Origin: an uncultured Lentisphaerota bacterium | GTDB taxonomy: Bacteria > Verrucomicrobiota > Lentisphaeria > Oligosphaerales > CAITYL01 | Direction of reading: 5' to 3' | Assembly: GCA_903921725.1 (NCBI GenBank) | Contig: CAIXRA010000062.1 | Location: forward strand, 1-31,385 | Length of the DNA: 31,385 nt | Shown here: positions 8,812-18,349 of the stretch, piece after piece | Numbering within the stretch: the stretch's first letter is position 1 | Layout: the number at the start of each line of letters is the position of its first letter | Made by a program: the position numbers and the translations under genes | The notes under the pieces: model-generated | Told to the model about the DNA's origin: nothing | Database searches by the model: none | What the model saw: only the letters and a program-made list of their open reading frames with translations

Positions 8812-9690
8812 ATGTTGCAGCTTCAGGGATGTTTCACCGCCATCGTCACGCCGTTCCGCAAGGGGAGGGTTGACTACCCGGCGTTCAAGGCGCTGGTCGA
8901 GGAGCAGATCGCCAGCGGCGTGGCGGGCCTGGTGCCGGTCGGCACCACGGGCGAGTCGCCGACGCTCTCCTACAAGGAGCACAACGACGTCATCGAAAAG
9001 TGCGTCGAGTACGTCAACCGCCGCTGCCTGGTCATCGCCGGCACGGGCGCGAACAGCACCGACGAAGCGCTGGAGCTGACGCAGCACGCCGCAAAGATCG
9101 GCGCCGACGCCACGCTGCAGGTCACGCCGTACTACAACAAGCCGTCGTCCGAGGGGCTCTACCGCCATTTCAGCCTGGTCGCCGACAAGGGCGGGCTGCC
9201 GGTCGTGCTCTACAACGTTCCCGGCCGCGCCGGGCGCGACATCGACCTGAAGACCGTGCAGCGCCTCGGCGCGAACCCGAACATCATCGCCATCAAGGAA
9301 GCCGCCGGCAGCGTCGACCGCGTCAGCCAGATCCTTGAGGTCTGCCCGCGGATGACCGTGCTCAGCGGCGACGACTCGCTGACGATCCCGATGATGTCGC
9401 TCGGCGCGAAGGGCATCATCAGCGTCGCCTCGAACCTGGTCCCCGCCGCGGTCTCCGCGATGGTCGGCTGCGCGCTGCGCGGCGAATGGGACAAGGCCCG
9501 CGAGTGGCACCACAAGCTCTATCCGCTCTTCCGCGACATCTTCGTCGAGACCAACCCGATCCCGATCAAGGCCGCCCTGGCGATGACCGGCAAGATCGCC
9601 GAGGAGTACCGCCTCCCGCTCTGCGAGATGAGCGAAGCCAACCGCGCCGTGCTCAAGGCCGCGATGCTGAAAGCCGGGGTGAAGGTCTAA
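8812..9690 (+). CDS. dapA: 4-hydroxy-tetrahydrodipicolinate synthase
   Basis: MLQLQGCFTAIVTPF...GLVPVGTTGES...YNVPGR...IAIKEA (Schiff-base Lys region) is typical DapA. RBS GGGAG lies 6 nt upstream of the ATG at 8812. Confidence 0.9.
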   Translation: MLQLQGCFTAIVTPFRKGRVDYPAFKALVEEQIASGVAGLVPVGTTGESPTLSYKEHNDVIEKCVEYVNRRCLVIAGTGANSTDEALELTQHAAKIGADATLQVTPYYNKPSSEGLYRHFSLVADKGGLPVVLYNVPGRAGRDIDLKTVQRLGANPNIIAIKEAAGSVDRVSQILEVCPRMTVLSGDDSLTIPMMSLGAKGIISVASNLVPAAVSAMVGCALRGEWDKAREWHHKLYPLFRDIFVETNPIPIKAALAMTGKIAEEYRLPLCEMSEANRAVLKAAMLKAGVKV

Positions 9691-9712
9691 TTCACCACGA
9701 AGGGATTGATCC

Positions 9713-10083
9713 ATGATTTTCGATCCATTGTCAAGCCGCGTGCTGGGGCTGGCATTGAACGTACATCGGGAACTGGGTCCGGACTGCTGGAATCCACCTA
9801 CGAGGCCTGCCTGGTACATGAGTTGACCGCCGCGGGAATTCCGTTCACACACCAGCAGGAAATCCCCGTACTCTACAAGGGAATGCAGCTCGATTGCGGT
9901 TACCGCGCCGACATCATCGTTGATGGACAGCTACTGCTTGAATTGAAAAGCGTGGAAAGCATCCACCCCATACATGAAGCCCAACTGCTTACCTATCTGC
10001 GCCTCGCCGGCCTGAAAACCGGACTGCTGATCAACTTCAATGTCCAGATGCTGAAACAAGGCGTCCACCGGTTTGTCATATGA
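9713..10083 (+). pseudogene. GxxExxY-family (PD-(D/E)xK-like) small protein gene, frameshifted (-1) near 9780; inserted between dapA and dapB
   Basis: The ATG frame at 9713 gives MIFDPLSSRVLGLALNVHRELGPD, then a stop. The +1 frame continues ...GLLESTYEACLVHELTAAGIPF...YKGMQLDCGYRADIIV...ELKSVESIHPIHEAQLLTYLRLAGLKTGLLINFNV, the canonical GxxExxY protein. Reconstructing GPGLLES requires GGTCCGGGACTG, but the sequence has GGTCCGGACTG: one G missing in a G-run. Confidence 0.7.
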
Positions 10084-10140
10084 GCCAACCGGTTTCTTCG
10101 TGTCCTTCGTGATCTTCGTGGTAAAAAGGAATCTCCCTCC

Positions 10141-10950
10141 ATGATCAAGACTGTCATCATCGGTGCTGGCGGACGTATGGGCCGTTTCCTTGTCACCAGC
10201 GTCATCCGCGATGCGGAGACGATGCTTGCGGGCGCCATCGAGATTCCCGGCTCGCCGTTCCTCGGGCAGGACGCCGCCAGCGTCGCGGGGCTCCCCGCCT
10301 GCGGCGTCGCCATCACCTCCGACCTCGCCGCGGCCGTGAAGGGCGCCGGCGCGATCATTGATTTCTCCGCCGCGGAGTCCGCCGTCGCCAACGCGAAGGT
10401 CGCCGCCGCCGCCGGCTGCGCCGTGGTCATCGGCACCACCGGCCTCTCCGACGCCGCCAAGGCCGAGCTTGCGGCCCTCGCCAAGGGCGGCGCGCGCATC
10501 GTCTTCGCCCCGAACATGAGCGTCGGCGTCAACCTGCTCTTCCATCTCTGCGACAAGGTCACGCGCCTGCTCGGCCCGGACTACGACATCGAGGTCGTCG
10601 AGATGCACCACAACCAGAAGAAGGATTCCCCCAGCGGTACCGCCGAACGCCTCGGCGAGATCCTGGCCAGGGCCGCCGGACTCGACTACAAGACGGAGAC
10701 CAAGCACGGACGCGAGGGGCTCGTCGGCGCCCGCTCCAAGCGCGAGATCGGCATGCACGCCGTCCGCGGCGGCGATGTGGTCGGCGACCACACCGTGATC
10801 TTCGCCACCAACGGCGAGCGCATCGAGCTGACGCACAAGGCCTCCAGCCGCGAGACCTTCGCCAAGGGCGCCGTCCGCGCCGTCAAGTTCCTCGCCGCCG
10901 CCAAACCCGGCCTCTACGACATGCAGGACGTGCTCGGCCTGAAGGGCTGA
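10141..10950 (+). CDS. dapB: 4-hydroxy-tetrahydrodipicolinate reductase
   Basis: MIKTVIIGAGGRMG (NAD(P)-binding) ... EVVEMHHNQKKDSPSGTA ... is the DapB signature region. Confidence 0.88.
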   Translation: MIKTVIIGAGGRMGRFLVTSVIRDAETMLAGAIEIPGSPFLGQDAASVAGLPACGVAITSDLAAAVKGAGAIIDFSAAESAVANAKVAAAAGCAVVIGTTGLSDAAKAELAALAKGGARIVFAPNMSVGVNLLFHLCDKVTRLLGPDYDIEVVEMHHNQKKDSPSGTAERLGEILARAAGLDYKTETKHGREGLVGARSKREIGMHAVRGGDVVGDHTVIFATNGERIELTHKASSRETFAKGAVRAVKFLAAAKPGLYDMQDVLGLKG

Positions 10951-10997
10951 GCCTGAATTTAACCGCCAACAGCCCCCCACGGAAAGAACCCCCGCAA

Positions 10998-13900
10998 GTG
11001 ATGAACAAGAAACTGCTGATGGCCGGCATGCTGGCCCTGTCCGGTGCCGTCCACGCCGAGACCGTGTCGTCCGGAAGCTTCACGGCCGACCTCAACCCGG
11101 CGTTCCCCGGCATCCGCTCCTACTCCTATGCGGGCTCCACGGTCACGCTGCCGGCCTGCGGTAATCCCGTCGTCCTGCTCAACCGCACGCCGCTCACCCC
11201 GGAGGTCGCCCTGACCAAGACCGGCGCGGACTCCGCGGAATACCGGCTGACGTTCAAGGAACAGGCCGTGACGATCACCGCCACGGTCGCCGTCACGCGC
11301 CAGACGCTCGCCTTCACCGTCACCGACGTCCGTGAAGCCGGCGCTTTCGTCGTCCGCGCCATCGAGATCCCCGGGCTGACCCTGCTGGCCGGCGCCGCCT
11401 CCGACGAGGTCGCGCTGGGCAATTTCCCCGCCCCCAGCTACGCTTCCGAGGAGCCGGAAGACCATGACATCTTCAGCACGGTCGCGGCCCTGGAGTTCAA
11501 GGACAACGCCGAGGATCCGCCCGCGGACGGCAAGGATGCCAAGGCGAAGGACGAGAAGGCCAAAAAGGCGAAGAAGCACAACAAGAACAAAAACCGGAAC
11601 CCGCGCGGCGAGCGTGGCGCCTCCTACGCCTTCGTCAGCAACGGCAAACTCGCCGCCGGCCTGGCCGCCAACGTGATGGAGGAGAACCTCCGCATGATCG
11701 TGCGCACCGAGGGCGAGGGCGCCGCCCGGACGCTGGCGGTTTCGCCGGGCGAATGGACCTGGCGCGAGATCCCCTCCGAGATCTGCCCGCCCCCGCAGGC
11801 CAAGCTGTTCGTGGCCGCCGACGAGAACGGCGACGGCCGCGCGACCTGGCAGGACGCCGCCATCGCCTACCGCAAGAACATGCCCACGCCGTACGGCGGC
11901 GAAAAAACCAAGCTCTACCCCGTCGCCCACATCGCGATGAACTTCGGCAGCCAGGCGACCAACCCGTTCCTGCGCGTGCTCGACAACGCCAAGAAGATCT
12001 GGCTCTACACCGACGGCCTCGGCCAGCGCATCCAGCAGAAGGGGTTCGCCGGCGAAGGGCACGACAGCTCGCACCCCGACTACGCCGGCAACGTCGGCCG
12101 CCGCCAGGGCGGGCGCGACGAGCTGAACTTCGTCATGCGCCGCGGGCACGACTTCAACGTCCTCTCCGGCGTGCACATCAACGCCCACGAATACCACAAG
12201 GAGGCCAAGGCGTTCAACCCCGCCATCGCCAACCTCGACGCCATCGGCTGGAGCTGGCTCGACGAATCGTACCTCGCCGACTACCGCTACGACTCCGGCT
12301 ACGGCACGCTCTATCCGCGCCTCGAGGCCATGCGCGCCGACCTGCCCTGGCTCGACTTCGCCTACCTCGACGTCTATTACGGCCGCGGCTGGTCCGGCTG
12401 GCGCATGCACACCAAGACCAACAGCCTCGGCGTCATGCAGTTCACCGAGTTCCCCGGTGTGATGGAACGCGGCGCGGTGTGGAACCATGTCGCCAACGAC
12501 TGGACCCAGGCGGTCTGGGGCAAGGGCGACCGCAGCGAGATCGCCCGCTTCATCTACTACTCGCAGAAGGACACCTTCAAGCACGACCCGCTGCTGCGCG
12601 GCACCAACTGCGACGGCTTCATGGGCTGGCACGGCGAAACCAGCATGCTGCGGACCGTCAGCTCCGCCATCACCGTCAACCTGCCCACCGCCTACCTCCA
12701 GCATTTCTCCCTGATCCGTCAGGAACCGGGCAAGGCCTGGTTCACCGGCGGCGTCCGCTGCGAGACCGCAGGCCGTCTCGAACCCGCGGCCAAGGTGGAG
12801 GAACGGACCTCGGACACCATCACGGACGAACCCGCTCCCCCGCCGTCCGACGGGAAGCCGGGGATGACCGCGCGCATCTTCGGCCGCGACGGGCAGCTGG
12901 TCAATTCCTGCCGCTACGAGAAGCCGCAGAGCCGTCCGCTGGACAACCTGGTCTTCCTGCCCTGGGACCCGTACACCGAGGCCAAGATCTACCACTGGAA
13001 CGACAAGGGCGGCGACTCGACCTGGACCCTGCCGAAGAGCTGGGCCGGCGTCGCCTCGGCGCTGCTCTACCGCCTCACCGACCTCGGCCGTGTCTTCGAG
13101 CGCGAAATCCCGGTGGCCGACGGCAAGGTCACGCTCGCCGGCATCGCCGCCGCCACGCCGTACGTGCTCTACCGCGAGACGCCGTGCGCGCTGCCCGACA
13201 TGTGCTGGAGCGAGGGCGGGCTGGTGCGCGACACCGGCTTCGACAGCCACAGCTTCACCGCCTGGAAGAAGATTGCCGGCGACGCCGGGACGGCGATTGA
13301 AAACGACGCCAAGACCGGCCAGACCGAGCTGGTCGTCCGCGGTACCGCCGCGGGCGCCGTCCGCCAGGAAATCGGCGGCCTCGAGCCGGGGCAGGTCTAC
13401 GCCGCCTCCGCCTGGGTGAACATCGAGGGGAAACGCGACGCCACACTCGCCGTCGAGCCGGCCGCGCCGGTGCCGCCGCCGTTCGTGGACCGCCAGGGCT
13501 GGCTCCTGCTCTCCTCCACCAAGAGCCAGGGCAAAGACCGCATCCGCAAGCTGGTCGACGGCGACCCCAAGACGCTCTGGCAGACGAGCAACGCCAAGCC
13601 GGCGCCCGCCTTCCCCCACCAGCTCACCATCGGCTTCGACCGGGAGCTGACCCTCACCGGTTTCGCGCAGACCGCGCCGGCCGATCTCGGCGAAGGCACC
13701 GTCAAGGCGTTTGAAGCCTGGACCAGTCTGGACGACAAGACGTGGACGCGCGCCGGCCGCGGCGAGTTCGCCTACGACGCCTCCGGCCGCGCCGCCGTGA
13801 CGTTCGGCAAGCCGGCCTGCGCCCGCTACTTCCGCCTCGTCGCCGTCTCTGAAATCAAGGGCCGCCCGCGCACCAGCATCGCCGAGATCGAGATGCTCAC

Positions 13901-14639
13901 CGCGCCCGGGGCCGCCGCCGCGCCGTTCACCGCCCTCTCCAACACCATCAACCGCACGGTGCTGCCCAACTACACCGACCAGTCGAGCAAGTACATGCGC
14001 AACTGGCACCGCGTCAAGGTGCTGTTCACCGCCCCCGCCGACGGCCGGGTCGCCCTGAGCCTGCGCGCCGGTGAAGGCGCCGCAGACACCGTGGTCCGCT
14101 TCGACGACGTCCGCCTGGTGAAGAGCGGCGTCAGCGTGCCGCTCCAAAAGGCGCGCAACGTCGTCCTGTTCGAGGACTTCGAGAATGTGGACGAGGGCTG
14201 GGGCCCGTTCATGTACGGCTGGCAGGGGCCGATGAACACCCACTTCTCCGAGGCCAACCCGCCGTACACCAACGACGTCATCGGCGGCACGTTCTCCCTC
14301 AAGAGCTTCAAGGAAGGCGCCAAGGACGTCATGTACCGCACCGTCCCCGCCACGCTGAAGCTGAAGCCGGACACCCGCTACCGCGTGACGCTCGACTACC
14401 TCAGCGACAGCGCCGGCCAGTTCGCGGTCGTCGCCGGAACCGACGGCGGAAAGGCGCAGGAGATTGTGTCGACCACCCCGATGACCGACGGCTCCTGGAC
14501 GGTGAAAAGCTGCACCGCCACCTTCACGACCGACGGCCGCGAGGGCTGGTTCATCGGCGTCGCCAAGACGGACGCCAAGAAACAGGGCCAGTTGGTCATC
14601 GACAACCTCCTCGTCGAGGAACTCCCGGCGCAGGAATGA
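10998..14639 (+). CDS. Large secreted glycoside hydrolase, GH101-like (endo-alpha-N-acetylgalactosaminidase family, tentative), with a C-terminal F5/8 type C (discoidin) domain
   Basis: Signal peptide MMNKKLLMAGMLALSGAVHA. Lys-rich linker DGKDAKAKDEKAKKAKKHNKNKNRN. Central region with LDFAYLDVYYGRGWSGW, TEFPGVME, and TWTLPKSWA...LYRLTDLG...DGKVTLAGIAAATPYVLYRE, which I recall as characteristic of GH101 catalytic plus following beta-sandwich domains. The discoidin-like segment is KLVDGDPKTLWQTS...ARYFRLVAVSEIKGRPRTSIAEIEM. Family call is from memory, not a search. Confidence 0.55.
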   Translation: MMNKKLLMAGMLALSGAVHAETVSSGSFTADLNPAFPGIRSYSYAGSTVTLPACGNPVVLLNRTPLTPEVALTKTGADSAEYRLTFKEQAVTITATVAVTRQTLAFTVTDVREAGAFVVRAIEIPGLTLLAGAASDEVALGNFPAPSYASEEPEDHDIFSTVAALEFKDNAEDPPADGKDAKAKDEKAKKAKKHNKNKNRNPRGERGASYAFVSNGKLAAGLAANVMEENLRMIVRTEGEGAARTLAVSPGEWTWREIPSEICPPPQAKLFVAADENGDGRATWQDAAIAYRKNMPTPYGGEKTKLYPVAHIAMNFGSQATNPFLRVLDNAKKIWLYTDGLGQRIQQKGFAGEGHDSSHPDYAGNVGRRQGGRDELNFVMRRGHDFNVLSGVHINAHEYHKEAKAFNPAIANLDAIGWSWLDESYLADYRYDSGYGTLYPRLEAMRADLPWLDFAYLDVYYGRGWSGWRMHTKTNSLGVMQFTEFPGVMERGAVWNHVANDWTQAVWGKGDRSEIARFIYYSQKDTFKHDPLLRGTNCDGFMGWHGETSMLRTVSSAITVNLPTAYLQHFSLIRQEPGKAWFTGGVRCETAGRLEPAAKVEERTSDTITDEPAPPPSDGKPGMTARIFGRDGQLVNSCRYEKPQSRPLDNLVFLPWDPYTEAKIYHWNDKGGDSTWTLPKSWAGVASALLYRLTDLGRVFEREIPVADGKVTLAGIAAATPYVLYRETPCALPDMCWSEGGLVRDTGFDSHSFTAWKKIAGDAGTAIENDAKTGQTELVVRGTAAGAVRQEIGGLEPGQVYAASAWVNIEGKRDATLAVEPAAPVPPPFVDRQGWLLLSSTKSQGKDRIRKLVDGDPKTLWQTSNAKPAPAFPHQLTIGFDRELTLTGFAQTAPADLGEGTVKAFEAWTSLDDKTWTRAGRGEFAYDASGRAAVTFGKPACARYFRLVAVSEIKGRPRTSIAEIEMLTAPGAAAAPFTALSNTINRTVLPNYTDQSSKYMRNWHRVKVLFTAPADGRVALSLRAGEGAADTVVRFDDVRLVKSGVSVPLQKARNVVLFEDFENVDEGWGPFMYGWQGPMNTHFSEANPPYTNDVIGGTFSLKSFKEGAKDVMYRTVPATLKLKPDTRYRVTLDYLSDSAGQFAVVAGTDGGKAQEIVSTTPMTDGSWTVKSCTATFTTDGREGWFIGVAKTDAKKQGQLVIDNLLVEELPAQE

Positions 14640-14672
14640 AGCCTCCCCGACCATTGGATCGGGGAGGCTTCA
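14640..14672 (+). terminator. Perfect 11-bp stem hairpin immediately after the glycosidase stop codon; candidate terminator, though it lacks a strong U-tract
   Basis: AGCCTCCCCGA-ccattgga-TCGGGGAGGCT starts at the base after the TGA (14637-14639). Confidence 0.45.
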
Positions 14673-14809
14673 TTCAAGCGCGGCGACGATTAGTTGATTG
14701 GCGAGAGTAAATACAATGTCTATAAAAAACAGGGGGGCAGGCGGGGATATGAAGCGCGGAGAAGGCGCGCCCGGCGGTTGGGCGGCGCAGGGAAAAAGGG
14801 GGGAGGGGA

Positions 14810-14917
14810 TTGCGCTTGTCCTGGGGCGTTGCCCCAGGCTATGGTGTGATGCCCCGTTGGGGCGGCTTGAGCAAAGCGCTGAGCGTTGAAAGCCGAGAGT
14901 TGAACGTTGAGCGTTCG
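14810..14917 (+). repeat. Composite intergenic repeat, copy A. A double GC hairpin core (CCTGGGGCgttGCCCCAGG ... GCCCCgttGGGGC) is followed by TTGAGCG/TTGAACGTT modules.
   Basis: Near-identical core at 27985-28030 (inverted) and 28138-28180 (direct, slightly degenerate). The shared peptide artefact SWGVAPGYGVMPRWGGL in ORFs 14810(+) and 27921(-) reflects the same DNA. Confidence 0.85.
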
Positions 14918-14986
14918 TTTGTCCCGTGTGCGGCCAACCTGCGCAATCCTGCGGCCGCTTTCTCCGCGCCTACGGGGAACGGGCCC

Positions 14987-16669
<1,683 letters not shown>

Positions 16670-16846
16670 GGTGCGGATTCCCCGGCGGCGTGAGGCTGAT
16701 GGGCTGTGGGCTTTTCGTTGGTGAAAACCGCATAACATAAACCCGAAAGCCGAAGAGGGAAGGGGGCGTGTCTCCGGCACCGGCCGCCGCCCGCCATGCT
16801 TTAACCGGATCCTTCATGAAGCATGCGGACCGGGACCGTCGGCGCG

Positions 16847-18349
16847 CTATACCGCACCGAGATGGAAAAACGCCTCGCGGAGAACCTCGATGTCGTCGAA
16901 CGGCGTCTTGCGGCCGTGGACTTCCTGGTAGGTCTCGTGCCCTTTGCCGGCCAGGAGGAGGATGTCGCCGGGGCGCGCGTCTTCGGCCGCCCGGCAGATG
17001 GCCTCGCGGCGGTCCACGACCTCCACCGCGTCGCACCCCTGGGGCAGGCCGGAACGGATTTCAGCGATGATCGACTCGGGCTTTTCGCAGCGCGGGTTGT
17101 CGCTGGTCAGGTAGACGCGGTCGGCGAGCTTGCCGGCGATGTGGCCCATGCGCGGGCGCTTGGTGCGGTCGCGGTCGCCGCCGCAGCCGAACAGGACGAG
17201 TAGCCGTGCGGGTTCGAGGCGGCGGAGGGTGACGAGCACGTTCTTGAGCGCGTCGTCGGTGTGCGCGTAGTCCACGAAGCAGGTGATGCCGTTCTTCGTC
17301 TTCAGCACCTCCAGCCGTCCGCGCGCCCCGTTGCAGGCGGCGGCGGCGCGCTGGATCGCGTCGTCCGGAATCCCCAGCATCCGCGCGAGGATGACGGCGC
17401 CCGCAAGGTTGAAGATGTTGAAGTCGCCGATGAGCGGCGACTCGGCGGCGAATGGCGCGGCCCCGGCCTGTTCCAGGCGGAAGGCGCTGCCGCGGACCGT
17501 GCTCTGCGGCGCGGCGATGCGCACATCGCAGCCGGCGGCGGTGCCGAAGGTGACGACGTTGGGGAAGCCGGCGGCGCGCAGTTCCTGGGCCAGGCGCATG
17601 CCCCAGACGTCGTCGGCGTTAACGACCGCGGGGGCGCCCGGTTCCAACTGCTCGAAGAAGAGCCGGCGCTTGGCCTGGTAGTAGTTTTCCATGGTGCCGT
17701 GGTAGTCGGCGTGGTCGCCGGTGAGGTTGGTGAAAATGGCGCCGGCGAACAGCGCGGTGCCGGAGCGGTGCTGGTCCAGCGCATGGCTGGAGGCCTCCAT
17801 GACGACATCCTGAACGCCGTTCGACGCCATCATCCGGAAAAGACGCTGGAGCTGGAACGGCGGCGGCGTGGTGCGGTCGGCCTCGATGGAGGTGCCGTCG
17901 CCCAGGTCGTACTCGACCGTGCCAATCATGCCGCTGCGGCGCCCGGCCTCGCGCAGGATGGCGCGCAGCAGGTAGGTCGTCGTGGTCTTGCCGTTGGTGC
18001 CGGTGACCGCGAGCAGGCGCAGGCCGCGGGCGGGGAAGCCGAGCATGACTTCGGCGATGCGCGCCGCGGCGGGGTACGCCTCGCGGACAACGATGCGGGC
18101 GACGCCGGGGTTGACCGGCACCGAGGCCGGCGCGGCGACGGCGACGGCCCCCTTCATCATGGCGTCTTCGACGTACTGCGCGCCGTCGGCCTTGGAGCCG
18201 GGGATTGCCACGAAGAGGGTGCCGGGCAGCACCTTGCGGGAGTCGCAGTCGGCGGCGGAAACGGGGGTGGATGGATCGCCCTCGAAACGGGTGACCTGGT
18301 CGCCGAGGTGGTCAAGGAACGCTTGCAGGGTCAGGGGTGAAGTCGGCAT
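16847..18349 (-). CDS. murE: UDP-N-acetylmuramoyl-L-alanyl-D-glutamate--2,6-diaminopimelate ligase
   Basis: Mur ligase P-loop VTGTNGKTTTTYL and DAP-type MurE context. Start trimmed to MPTSPLTLQAFL (±1 nt). The ORF-track start at 18454 is a Pro/Arg-rich extension overlapping ftsI. Sits in the dcw cluster downstream of ftsI. Confidence 0.85.
   Translation of the reverse strand: MPTSPLTLQAFLDHLGDQVTRFEGDPSTPVSAADCDSRKVLPGTLFVAIPGSKADGAQYVEDAMMKGAVAVAAPASVPVNPGVARIVVREAYPAAARIAEVMLGFPARGLRLLAVTGTNGKTTTTYLLRAILREAGRRSGMIGTVEYDLGDGTSIEADRTTPPPFQLQRLFRMMASNGVQDVVMEASSHALDQHRSGTALFAGAIFTNLTGDHADYHGTMENYYQAKRRLFFEQLEPGAPAVVNADDVWGMRLAQELRAAGFPNVVTFGTAAGCDVRIAAPQSTVRGSAFRLEQAGAAPFAAESPLIGDFNIFNLAGAVILARMLGIPDDAIQRAAAACNGARGRLEVLKTKNGITCFVDYAHTDDALKNVLVTLRRLEPARLLVLFGCGGDRDRTKRPRMGHIAGKLADRVYLTSDNPRCEKPESIIAEIRSGLPQGCDAVEVVDRREAICRAAEDARPGDILLLAGKGHETYQEVHGRKTPFDDIEVLREAFFHLGAV

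Noticed and set aside
10959-14654. 1231-aa ORF on the minus strand covering the whole glycosidase gene
   Set aside because: Antisense shadow ORF typical of high-GC DNA. It is Gly/Ala/Arg/Val-rich low-complexity translation with no motifs, whereas the plus-strand frame has a signal peptide and recognisable domains.
16698-16846. CTTCATGAAG / GCATGC palindromes in the lysS-murE intergenic region as a possible terminator
   Set aside because: Short AT-containing palindromes without a GC stem plus U-tract. They cannot be distinguished from chance restriction-site-like palindromes.
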